Assembly: GCA_951406725.2 (NCBI GenBank)
Contig: OX597818.1
Span: forward strand, 90,954,001 to 91,018,000
Length of the DNA: 64,000 nucleotides
Direction of reading: 5' to 3'
DNA from: Octopus vulgaris
Taxonomy: Eukaryota
Below are positions 28,134 through 40,896 of the stretch, piece after piece; the first letter of the stretch is position 1, and each line of letters opens with the position of its first letter. The position numbers and the translations under genes were made by a program. The notes beneath the pieces were generated by a model. It was not told where the DNA came from and searched no databases. It saw nothing but the letters and a program-made list of their open reading frames with translations.

Positions 28134-28445
28134 AAGGCGGCGAACTGGCAGAAATGTTAGCACGCCGGGCGAAATGCGTAGCCGTATTTCGCCTGCCGTT
28201 GCGTTCTGAGTTCAAATTCTGCTTAGGCCGATTTGCCTTTCATCCTTTCGGGGTCGATAAATTAAGTACTAGTTACGCACTGGGGTCGATATAATCGACT
28301 TAATCCGTTTGTCTGTCCTTGTTTGTCCTCTCTGTGTTTAGCCCCTTGTGGGTAGTAAAGAAATTTGTATTTCGTCTGTCTTTACGTTCTGAGTTCAAAT
28401 TCTGCCGAGGTCGACTTTGCCTGTCATCCTTTCGGGGTCGATAGA
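28134..28445 (+). mobile_element. tRNA-derived SINE family A (best copy, with partial internal duplication)
   Basis: GGCGAACTGGCAGAAATGTTAGCACGCCGGGCGAAATGC...GAGTTCAAATTC head plus the core GTCGACTTTGCCTTTCATCCTTTCGGGGTCGATAAATTAAGTAC. About 20 diverged copies in the window. Confidence 0.8.
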
Positions 28446-29465
28446 TTGAGACTTTACAAAAATAAAAATGGAGAGAGAGAGACGAAGACAGGTGTATAAT
28501 CAACAAAACGATGTATTAATTTAACGCTCGGGAAGTGAGAAAGTCTTTTATGTTTCGAGCCTACGCTCTTCCACAGAAAAGAACACAGAAATAAACAGGG
28601 AGAGAAAATGAAAAAGGTTTAGTGGATAGTGATCTATCATGACTTATGCCGGACAAAGGCGTCACACAGGAGAGCTAGGGCAGAAGGGGAGATAATAAAA
28701 GAGTGGTGATCCCAAAACAAAGGTGCGCGTGCATGTGTATGTGAAAGCGTGTATGTGCGTGTGGAAGTGGGCTGGTGACCTTGACGTTTGCGTTTGTCCA
28801 TGTGAAGGTATGTGGATGCTTGGAAGTGGTCAGTTCTAGTGTGTGCGCTGGTGTGGGTGCTGGGAAGTGGTCAGTGCTAGTGTGTGCGAGGTGGTGTGAT
28901 GTGATGAAGTGTGGTGGTGTGTTGTGATGGTGTGGTGATGTGTGGTGTGGTGTGGTGATGTGTAGTGTGGCGATGTGTGGTGTGATGGTGTTGGGGTGTG
29001 AGGGAGGCGAGAGTAGAAGAAGCAAAGGTGGGTGCACGTGTTAGGGTGGGGATGGGATGGGATGTATAGCGATGGTTGGTTGGAATGTGTAGGGGCGGGA
29101 TAACGAGGAAGGGGTGACGATGAAGGGAGAGGGTGGAAGAAGTGAAAAGTGGAAGTAGGTGTCAGAGAAACAGAAGAGAGGTGGGTGGGAAGAAGTAGGT
29201 GTGAGAGGTTGAGAGGAGAGAGGAGGAGGGTTAGATGAAGAGGGGAGGAGAGATGAGCCCATGTAGCGCAAATGAGCGAAGAAAGATTAACACCTGTTCA
29301 CGGCGAAGTCGGGAGTCTGAATGGCCCCTGTTCAAGGACAATTCCGAACACAGGCAGGTGTTGTAAAGAATGACCGGTAGAACGGAAATCGCGCGAGACC
29401 GGGTTGTTGCAGAGGTGTTCCGCGAACCGGTCAGCCAAGTGGTGTCCCGTTTGACCGGCGTACTG
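28445..29465 (-). mobile_element. Penelope-like element 3' remnant (GIY-YIG end + pseudo-LTR)
   Basis: Minus strand YAGQTGHHLADRFAEHL..PVSRDFRSTGHS and RLRREQVLIF..FALHGL, then a simple-repeat-rich 3' region and an HHR-like motif at 28543-28582. Confidence 0.8.
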
Positions 29466-30713
29466 GAGTCGATCTTATTGACTGGCACCTTCCCCAAGAA
29501 TTTCGGGCCGTGTGCCTAGAGTAGAAAAGAATATATTTAGACAGGACATTTTATGCCCTTTATGCTGAATCTACATTATATTGCGTATCATTTTGTAAGT
29601 TTAATAATTAATCGAATAGATCTTCACGAACACTTTGTGCAAATGAAAGAATTGGATTTAAGTACCTACGTAATCATTTTCTGGATCATTGACCTTTAAA
29701 TGACCTTAACCATAACGTTATGGTTCCTTGCTGTAGAGATACAACTCAAGTGGAGATGGAAATCTATTTATTATCTAGTGGAGCCTCGTACTTATTTTTC
29801 CACATTTCCTCAAACAGTGTAATATTTTATTTGTCCAATGTTTGCCGCAGAATTAAATCAAATAATCCGGGATTGCCCCGCTCTACAACTCTTCATGAAG
29901 AACTTCCGGTATTTTGCTTGCCTTTTGTTTGAACTCACCAATGATTTTACCATTTTTTCTTTCCTTCATGCATCCAAAAGATTTCACCCTCACCTAGTCT
30001 CCATCACCTCCTCCATCACCACAAAATGTTGTGTCGATGCTGTTGCTTGTAGACTTTGAGTCTAGTAACGCTAGAGAAGTTCACCGTCTGGTTTTTCGGT
30101 CTTTGTTTGCCGTTGGTGCGAACGTGCTAAAAATATATCTACTTCTGTTTGCTTCAGTTTTGGCTACCAATATTCAGGACTGCAACTAGTGAAACTCCAT
30201 AAACATAGATAATAGCGGTCATGCTCTTCATTTCTGAGTCCTGTTGGAATTGTAGATACTGATGCCTGGCGTGCTCTCTTGAGTTTCCGGTACTTGTTTA
30301 AAAAATGCGCTCGAATTCCTTTCGTAAATTGTGTAACAACTGAGTCCACTGCTTTTATCCCGAGTCTGATAGCTTTCACACTATCTCAATGGAGCACTGG
30401 AGAAGATAGGCTTCTGTTCACGGGAAAATTGCTAAACTCCATCCATCTACACGTTGGTTAACTTCTCTTCACTCATCACGTACCCGTGCTCTTATATGTC
30501 CGTGGCTTTAAATCTTCAACAACAGTAACTAATGTTAGTTGCTTTCATTGAAATAAAGTCAACGGATTCCGGCATTCATATTAAAACAACAACGACATCA
30601 GCAACAACAACAACAATAAAGAAGAAGGAGAAAATGAAGAAGAAGAAGAAGAAGAAGAAGGAGGAGGAGGAGGAGGAGGAGAAGAAGAAGAAGAAGAAGA
30701 AGAAGAAGAAGAA

Positions 30714-30760
<47 letters not shown>

Positions 30761-31039
30761 AGAAGAAGAAGAAGAAGAAGAAGAAGAAGAAGAAGAGCAA
30801 CAATCAATTGCCAAATATCGAACTTGCTGATATAGTGCCTGGAAATGAAACTGAATCACTGATGTACTCACGCAGATCTTATCGCTTTATTAAATGCAAC
30901 ACCCACAAGCTATAGAACAGGTTAATCACATCATGCTGTATTTTTCCATTCAATAAACTTCTTGTCTTCGCAGGGAACTCTTGCTGCAGCTAATAACACA
31001 CAAGATATTTCTGTACATTTGAAAAACTATAGTGAACTG

Positions 31040-31292
31040 CAATGCTTCCCAACCATATTTTGCCTATGGACCCCTTTAATTCCAATTGTACGCGGGTGGA
31101 ACCTCAAAGCCATTTGATGATTAAAAGTCCTATGATAATTTTATTAACAAATATTATTGGTAATTGTATATAAAAAAGTTTTAAGATATTTTGTGTATTG
31201 TAAACGTATAGCCCATTTATTGCACATAAGTTTTAACAATAAAATCTTACATGGAGCCCCAGGGTCTTGTGGATCCCGTTTGAGAACCACTG
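31040..31292. mobile_element. hAT-type MITE
   Basis: Imperfect TIRs CAATGCTTCCCAAC / TTTGAGAACCACTG with subterminal GGACCCC-like motifs. TSD degenerate. Confidence 0.55.
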
Positions 31293-32194
31293 GTGTAGTG
31301 TTTAGATACCATGAATCAGAATAGAGGTTCTTGTTTCCACTTCCGGCTATATCTGTTGTAGGTGTTAAGATGATAATATTTAATATAAGATAGTGGCGTA
31401 TAAAATTTCTGTTTAGCGAAATGTATTGTATCCAGCAAAATAAGTAAATATAGCAAAAAGTTCGTCGAACTGAGGAAGTAGACAAAATACGATTAGTAAA
31501 AATATATATGATCAATATAAAGAATCAAAGGTGAAGATGATGTTGCAGCTGAAATATAAGTAGGCGGTATAGAGAGGGGAAAAGTGCTGAGAATAGCTTT
31601 AGAAGAAAATAAGAAAATGTAAAAGTAAAAAAAAAATTGATAAGTATAATATGAGGGAAATAAGAGAAAGAAAAGAACAAAAAAATAAGGAAAGGAAATC
31701 GGTAAAATGGATGGAAAATGTTAGCAAGAAAGAAACTAAAAATGAAAACGGTCGCAAAGTATAAATTTATAGTGGATGTAGATGATTTAAAATGAAACGA
31801 AGGCTGTATTTTAATTAGGTGATCGATAGTATATTGTAATTTTTTGCTGAAAACACAATTATAGACATAAAAAATAAATGCAGCCTAGAAACAAAACAAG
31901 GCAAGATAACTGATTTTCATACCATGACAATGGATAAAATTGAAAAAAAAAAGAAAAGAAAAGAAAAGAAACAGACGTCTGCAAAGTGTTCAGTCAGTAT
32001 TTTCTCAACTTCGAGAAAATTTCACTTAGTTTTATTTGTCAGATATTATCAATATGTTTACTTATCTCTCCTTCTGTCTTTCCTGAGAAACACATATATA
32101 CACAAATATAGAATACTACAGAAAAGCATAATCACACACATATTTCCAATTCACTCGTGACGAATATTTTAATATTTTACTGTAGTATGTACAC

Positions 32195-32225
<31 letters not shown>

Positions 32226-32239
32226 TGTATGTATGTATG

Positions 32240-32270
<31 letters not shown>

Positions 32271-33280
32271 GTATGCATCTGTCTGTCTGTCTAACTAACT
32301 AGCTCTATCTGCATGTCTATCGGCTTATCATCTGGGAAACCATATGCATGTTGTTCACTAAGAAGACATAGATCTACTTATTTTATACAATTGTATTGCA
32401 ACAAATACTCAGAAAACTTCTAGACTGATGTAGAACACTTTTTGATTCTATTAATAATCTGCTGACTTACAGTGCATATTTACTATCTTTGAGTAGTGGC
32501 ATTTCTATCACCCACACTGATATATTTACTATTTTTGAGATATAGTATTTGTATCACCCACACTGACAATTCCCCTCTATAATGACAATTCTCCTCTATA
32601 GCCTATAGTTGGTTTACACATATTAGCAGCAAGCATTTTTCAGAATTTGGCTCGCTCCCCAAGAAGCGGTCTTCTTTTGTGAAAAACTTGTCTTTCAGTT
32701 ACTAGGTACTTGGCGAGAAAGGCGAACAAAATGCAAACAGGATTAAAGCATAATTTATGTCCTGAAAGTAGCTTTTATCTGATTTGTCTCCTTTCAAAAT
32801 TTAATGTCTTTAACATCTACACTTTATAGATTAGTATGTGCTCTGTTGTTTGTTTAAACATAACTTCAACTCTCTCCAAGTATAGTGTTTCCTCAACATT
32901 TTGGCATATATGGCCCTCCACTGTAAAATAATTCTATTACTAAAATAAATGACCGAAAATCTGGAAAATGTTATCATTAAAGAAGATGGTCTTCGCATTT
33001 CACTGGACTCTGCATTATAATCTATTTTTTTAAGGGTGCGATCTGGCAAAACCTCTATCATACTGGACAAAATGTTTAGCGGCATTTCATTCATCATTAC
33101 GTTCTAAGTTCAAATTTCACTGAAGTCGACTTTGTATTTCACCATTTCGGGGTCGATAAAATAAGTACCAGTGAAGTACTTGGGTCGATGTAAATCGACT
33201 TTCCCCACCAGAAATTTTTAGCTCTGTGCCAAAATGTGAAACATTTATTTCTTTTACAAATTACACATGTGCGTGTGCGT

Positions 33281-33314
<34 letters not shown>

Positions 33315-33364
33315 CTGTGTGTGTGTGCGTGCGTGCGTGATCAACGTAGCTAGTTGTAAAATGT

Positions 33365-33942
33365 CAGGAAGGTATCAGAGTAGTAACTGTACTAACCAGT
33401 AAAGTTAATCCCCACATCAAAGTGACTGTTCCATGTTACTATTAGTTTAAACCTTGGCAGATCTTCCGCCAGCTGGTTATCGGTGCAGCCTGCACCTTAT
33501 ACATATATATTTCTAGCAGGAGAGCGAACCCCTACCATCCTCTAGCAGACAACAGTATCGTGAGACTGACTCAGTTTCGAGCTAGTTTGCCCATCGTTAT
33601 TCGCGAGCACCTAGCTGCCAGAAAAAGGGCCAGGGTTTGCTCCAGTCAGCAATATATCGTAAACAAAGAGATCATCGGTCATTGATTTGCAGCAAGCATA
33701 ATAGCTAGGGAAGAGACCAGAGTAATAATTGTACTAAGTAGTAAAGTTAATTGCCACATCAAAGTGGCTCTTCCATGTTACAACTAGTTTAACCCCAGGC
33801 AGATCTCTCCACCAGCCAGCACCCTGCATATATATATATAGCTAGCAGGAGAACGAACACCTACCATCCTCTAGCAGAAAACAGGATAGCTTGACTGACT
33901 CAGGCTCGAACTAGTTGGCTTATCATTTGTCGCGAGTATCTA
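33365..33942. repeat. Diverged tandem duplication, period ~340 nt
   Basis: ~33365-33612 is homologous to ~33708-33942 (shared blocks such as CTACCATCCTCTAGCAGA and GACTGACTCAG). Confidence 0.8.
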
Positions 33943-34944
33943 TGTGCATATGTATGTATGTATGTATGTATGTATGCATGTATGTATGCATGTATGTATG
34001 TATGTACGTACGTATGTGTATGTGTATGTGCGTGCATGTGTATATGCACCTAATTTGGAATATCATAATTAGAACTTCATTGTGTTGTTGTGTCACAATG
34101 TGTTTGTATATTTACTGCATTTAATGAATATACAGTTAGGCAGAACAACAAAAGAAAAGGGCTCTCAATACGTGTTGAAGTTATATAACCGTACTATACA
34201 TTTTGTGGTTTAGAACTTGTTTACTCAAAATTTCTTACATGTCAAAAGCTTATCTATGCTTCGTGGTAACTAGTGAGAATACTACAACTCATGATTAAGA
34301 TTACTATCGATTGATTATTATCGCATGACGAATAACGTTTATTTGTATTTGACATTTTAGTTCACGAGATGAGGTCAATAGTAGTTTCATTGATGTATGT
34401 TTTAAAGACATTCCTGAGTGACTACCTTGTGTGGAAAACCTATTACACAGTACATGGGTATAATAACTTGATGTCTTTAGAAGTTCCGATAAAGTTTATT
34501 TTAAAATCATTAAAATTTATTGTAGAGAGTTGTTAACTAATATTAATAGTTTACTAGTGGTTAAAGGGGAGATCAATTTACAAGAAGTACATAGAATATC
34601 ATTCTCCTTCTTTTAATATGTACTCGTATAACTAGTCGGAAGTATAAAGACAAAAATTTTTAGACTGGCTATATAAGGGGATTTCTCACATATGCATCTT
34701 GTTATACTGATCAGGTTGCTTTCTTAGTCCAGCGTATTCCACATAAACAGGGAAAGAAAGAAAATACAAGTGACCAAAAATTGCAACATTCCCCTCAACG
34801 GGACGCCGGTGTGTGGCAGGGTCCAAAACCAGCCGTTTTCAGAGGAGGGTAAGAGTCGATTACATTAAACCCCAAATTTGACTGATATTTTATTTATTTA
34901 ACAGAATAAAGCAAAGAATGAAAGAAAGAAAGAAAGAAAGAGAC

Positions 34945-34980
<36 letters not shown>

Positions 34981-36535
34981 TGAGACAGAGACTAGTTGTA
35001 CTCCAGAACCTCAAGCAATGTATATGCTAAGTGAAACTTCCCTTGTTATCATTAACTTTCTGGGCAGTGTAGTTCTTCATGATAACGCTCGATGGCGTAA
35101 GAGTTATACCATATACCAGTTTTGAACACGTAGAATCCTCGTTGGGGATAGGTTGTCTGTTATTCTCAATTACAAGCGAGCACCACGGACAGAGGTTGTG
35201 TAGGTGTACGGTTTTCTCTGTTGTATCGTGCAATGTTAAGTAACCATATATTGTGCGTAGAGTAGTAATTACATTTAACGTTGTATTTGAAAACAATTCG
35301 AGTCCTAGCCCTCAAAAAACCAGTTCCCATTGAGTACAAGTCACCAAAGATCGCAACATTCCCCTGAACGGGACACCGGTCTATAGCAGAGTCCAAAGTC
35401 AGCAGTTTTCAGAAGAGGGTAAGAGTTGATTAAATCATACCCAAAATTTCACTCGTACATTCTCTTCTTAACACAGTTGATGTCGGTGTGATTTGAACTC
35501 AGAACGTAAACAATCTGGAGAAATACGTTAAGCATTTTGTCTGGCGTGCTAACCATTCTGCTAGCTCTCTTCTTTTAACACTATATAGATTTAAAATTCT
35601 CGGGATATTGATGTGCAAGCAAAGTGGTGTCTAACGAGTGATAGAAATATCTTGGTTAGATATCTTGTCTGAATATACGATTACTGATATATTCTCCTCC
35701 TTGCAACACTCTCCAAAAGTGTAAGCGCTAACATTTCATTAACCCTACTTCTCCTAACTCTCCATACTCAAGAAGTAAAGCCACAGCGAAGATATTTCCT
35801 TCTCAGGACGAATTGAAAATTCTTTTAGTAACTATTTCCTACTCACCATGATAAGAAGAGCAGTTGCGATTCTGTTTAATATATGCGGTCTTCACGTTCG
35901 GTTAACTGTATGGGTAATAATTCTCTGCCTTGAGTGTCTATGGAACCGTCGGTAAACAGGTTGGTGATGATACTGAGGTTTAAAAGAAACTCCCAAAATA
36001 TCTGTATGAAGAGCTTCCTGAATTAATCCATGGTATAACTATTTATAATTAAAAACCAATACTAATTAAAATTTTACATGTGTTCGTGTGATTATACATG
36101 CATACATACGTACATACAGGCGGAGACACAGACACACAGATACACACACATATACTCATACACACACACAAACACACACACATATATATATACATATATA
36201 CACACATACACACACACACAAACACACACATATATACATATATACACACATACACACGCACACAAACACACACATATATACATATATACACACATACACA
36301 CATATATGTATGAATGTGCGTATGTATGCATGTATGCATTATGCAGACGTGTGTACACACATTTGTACACATGTGGTTTTTACAGCCATATATTCTTTCA
36401 AAAAACAATGTGTTAAAGTATAAAAACACTTTTTGTAGTAACTAAGTTCAGTCTCTAGAAACCTTTCGACAAATCACTGAATTGAATAAAAGAAACAAAT
36501 CTATCAAAAACAAATATAATATAAAATACTAAATT

Positions 36536-36602
<67 letters not shown>

Positions 36603-37159
36603 ATAATAACAATAATAATAATAACCCCACAGGTAAAATACATTACTGAAGAAATTAATGCATTGATTAACTTTTGATCAAATGGTCAAAGCTTTATTCA
36701 CATTTACGTACATTTATCAGAAGAAAAACACATACGTACCTTGCAAGTTAGTTTTAGAGAGCATGAATTACAATTCAAGTTGATAAAAGAAAAACGTGTG
36801 AATATTTTAAAGATAACATCCCTATCTAACATGCCTCTTTTTTTCCCGCTGGTCAATGCTAACCGATAACATGGCGTCGTACATACACTAAACTACTAGT
36901 CGTAATAGATTTACTCTTAGAGTTTATTGTTATTGTTCTATATATATATTTTTCCCGTCTATTATTGGTGCATGAATAATTGTTCTTGCTTAAATAATCG
37001 TGGATTCTTATCTCTCCTTCAGAAATTCTTTTACAATGCCCTGCGATCCACTGATTAAGTAACATCAGATAAACTATACGCTGTTGATTGCTGATCGCTA
37101 ACATTTATCTATAAATCATGATTCTTGCACAATTTATTTAGCTCCTAAACAACAACACT

Positions 37160-37279
<120 letters not shown>

Positions 37280-37994
37280 TAATAATAATAATGATAATAA
37301 TGATAATAATAATACCAAAACATAGTCGGAATTGATCCCCTTCCGTAGCACAAGGAATGAAAATTAAATTCGCTATTGTTATACTTTCCTCGCTGCATTA
37401 GATTTTCTTTTTTTTAAAATATTCTGGCAAATGATTTTCCCCCAGAAATTGGAGCTCCGTACCTGCTAAGACCGGCCCTGAACATAACTATATGTTAACT
37501 ATTTATTTTGATTTCTTTCATACGCTAGACACGATGTTAGCAATAATGGTTACCTAAAAGTAAGGTTAACTTAAACATCCACCCCTATTATATCTCAGAG
37601 TTTCATAAGACAAATAAGCACAAAGGAAAGGAAAAATTTTCAAAATTTTATTTTTAAAGACTAAGTAATCGATGTATAAAGATATCTAGCTGAGGAAATC
37701 GTTAGCACGTCGGAGAGAAGCTTAGCAATGTTTCTTTCAGATTCTTACGTTCTGAATTCATATCACGCCGACGTCAATTTTGCCTCTAGTTCTTTCAGGT
37801 GTCGGTAAAATAATGTATCAGCGCCTATTAGGATTAGTGCAATCGACTTGCATATTTGCTTGCAACGGACAACCGTCTATATCAAGGAAAATTTTGTGAT
37901 CTTGGTCACTTATACGCCATGGGAATTTGGAGATCAATATTTTGTGTCATAGGAACTCGGGGAAAAATTGATGTATGAACACTAATGAATGATA

Positions 37995-38220
37995 ACATAT
38001 AAGGGCATTCAAAAAAGTGCCTTGCTTAAAGGATATCACGAAAGGCGTGCTTGGAGGCCCAAACGTCCGCGTTCCTTTATAGGGCTTAGAAAACTTTAAC
38101 GTCCGCTGCTATAAGTGTGAGTGAATCTGAGAGGGGAATATGTTGAATAAAATCATGGCTAAATGGTCCTCTTGTATTTTCCTTTACCCAAAGCGAGGAA
38201 GTTTTCAGCACCCCTTCGTA
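37995..38220. mobile_element. Mariner-type non-autonomous remnant
   Basis: Right end is the reverse complement of TACGAAGGGGGTGCTGAAAACTTCCT, a mariner-like TIR; left end AAGGGCATTCAAAAAAGT is a degenerate partner. Confidence 0.4.
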
Positions 38221-38583
38221 TCTCTCTCTATCTGAAAAAGATACGTTGAATTTATTGATTGTAGTCGAAACCCAACTAGCAATTATTCCCCGGCCATATT
38301 TCAGTTTGATTAAGCATTATTATTGATATTTATTAACCACAGGTTTCACCGTAGCTAAACATACTCCGACCAGACAATTATAGACAAGTATTAAAATAAA
38401 TATGAAGAATTACAGTTTTGGTAATTTAAGAATATCTATAAAATGACACTTTTAGATTTAGTTATGCAATAAATATCACTAGAGATTATCAGTTTTGTGT
38501 TCAAAAGAGAGAAGAAAAAGATCAATACAGACAGAGAGACTTATATAGACAAGAGATTCAGCTACATACCCCGTGCCCAGTGA

Positions 38584-38654
38584 AGATGATGATAATGAAC
38601 GATGATGACGATGATGATGCTGATGATGACGATGATGATGACGATGACGATGAC

Positions 38655-38710
<56 letters not shown>

Positions 38711-38920
38711 CGATGACGACGATGATGATGATGATGACGATGATGATGATGATGACGATGATGACGACGATGACGGCGACGACGACGACGATGATGATGA
38801 TAATGATGATGATAATGATGATGTTGATGATGATGATGATGATGATGATGGTAATGGTAATGATAGTGATGCTGAAAAGGATGAAATTGGTGATGATGAT
38901 GATGATGATGACGATGATGA
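38584..38920. repeat. (GAT/GAC)n microsatellite
   Basis: Long imperfect trinucleotide tract. Representative of dozens of (TA)n, (CA)n, (TACA)n, (TCTA)n, (AAG)n and (AAT)n tracts across the window. Confidence 0.95.
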
Positions 38921-39201
38921 GCGCCGCAACGGCGGTTGTAGTTATAGTGATGTTAGTGTTGGTTAGGGTGATAACAGTGAATAAGATAACGATGATGATG
39001 CAGATATCTTCCAAGGCAGCTAATATTGCTGTCAATTAATCATCTTAGATCCGCGTACGACGTTTCTGAATCTATGTACAAATGGCTCGCTTAACTAAAT
39101 TAATTTACCTATTAATCCACGTTTACATCTGTGCAAATACATACATGCGCGCGCCTGCCGGCATGTGTTTGTCCGTGTGTATGTATGTGTATATGTATAT
39201 A

Positions 39202-39269
<68 letters not shown>

Positions 39270-39279
39270 AGTATATGTA

Positions 39280-39323
<44 letters not shown>

Positions 39324-39870
39324 CATACCAATTGTCGTATAAGATAAGCACCCGAAGAATTGTATCTATCACATAAAGCTAAACTTACGGAACGGACTCG
39401 GCTAACATTCCGCATGGTAATAGAATACACAAAACTAGTATGTAGATCATCCATGCATACTCAGCATTGTACAATTGGAAAATAAAGAAAGGCATCTAAT
39501 CATAACACCGGAACTCCGTGGTCACATCAAAACCTCATGCTTCTGTCAAATGTACCAATGAATTCACGATGATCTAACGTGCTAGCTGTCTTTATTTGCA
39601 TTGATTTGTGAGTATACAGTTGTATTGCACAACTCTATTGAAGCTATCGACACCTGGGCTCCCACGCTTCCATCCAAGCGACGAAGAATGATTTCGTCCA
39701 CACTGAAGTGTTACTACATGAAGGAGATTGCGAAATGGCCGTAAACTTAAGGTTGTAAACGTAGTAAATATATACACATCTCTCATACGTCCTGAATTGT
39801 ATGGTTTACACACACACATAAATATATATATGTGTGTGTGCGTCGCTGTGCGTGTATATATATGTATACT

Positions 39871-39921
<51 letters not shown>

Positions 39922-40033
39922 CAGCCGAAATTGCGAGGATGATCCGGTTCTTGACTGAAGATTAGAGGCTTCGAATGACCTGATAGTGTTTTTTGTATCG
40001 TCTATTTGAACGTTTTGCGTCCTTGTCCTATTT

Positions 40034-40111
<78 letters not shown>

Positions 40112-40815
40112 CATATATACATACATAAGAAATCACTCGAAGCTCATAGGTAAGGCTGCAAATATTAGCGTGTAAATCTTGGGAGGACCGACTGCTGCCA
40201 TTGGCATTATTCACCGAAAAGGTTTTTTTCAAGCCAACATATATTTAGATGCTATAATTTATAGCTTTATATGTGAGCTTCGCGATACCCTCAAAGCACG
40301 ATTAATTCGGGTCCTCTCAAAAGTTTATAATATTCTTATGATGTCAACACAGACAGACAGATTGACATTGTAACACACACAGACACAGACAAACAGACAC
40401 ACACATAAACAAACACAAACACACACATATGTAATTGATTTAGGCAGGAATAAGGATATATGTACCATAAAGAATTACTATAAACGTTATTCTAGCAAGG
40501 CAGGTGATTCTAACACCCTCAGTCATATGTGTGCGTATGTGCGCACAGATGTGTATGTGTATGTGCGCGTGTTGTGTGTGTGTATTTCTAAACATATATA
40601 ACAAGATGTATGTGAAATTTTGTGAGTGTGTGTTTCCTTAGATAAAAGCAAATGATATCTATGAAACCCAAAGAACACGCACATTCGAAAATTAGAATAT
40701 CACTTACGGGCATATGGCGTAGTGGTTAAGAGCGCGGGCTACTAACCCCAATATTCCAAGTTCGATTCCAGGCCTGGTGACTTGAATAATAATAATAATA
40801 ATAATGATAATAATG

Positions 40816-40893
<78 letters not shown>

Positions 40894-40896
<3 letters not shown>

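Noticed and set aside
29700-30520. Non-repetitive stretch with 60-73 aa ORFs
   Set aside because: No recognisable domain or convincing splice-bounded exon.
39940-39985. Hammerhead at CTGAAGA...GAAT (and similar at ~13783 and ~43872)
   Set aside because: Stems I-III cannot be formed and GAAA is missing or wrongly spaced.
40708-40785. Functional tRNA gene (ACT anticodon)
   Set aside because: Acceptor and T stems do not pair properly, there is no poly-T terminator, and it lies inside a TSD-bounded SINE.
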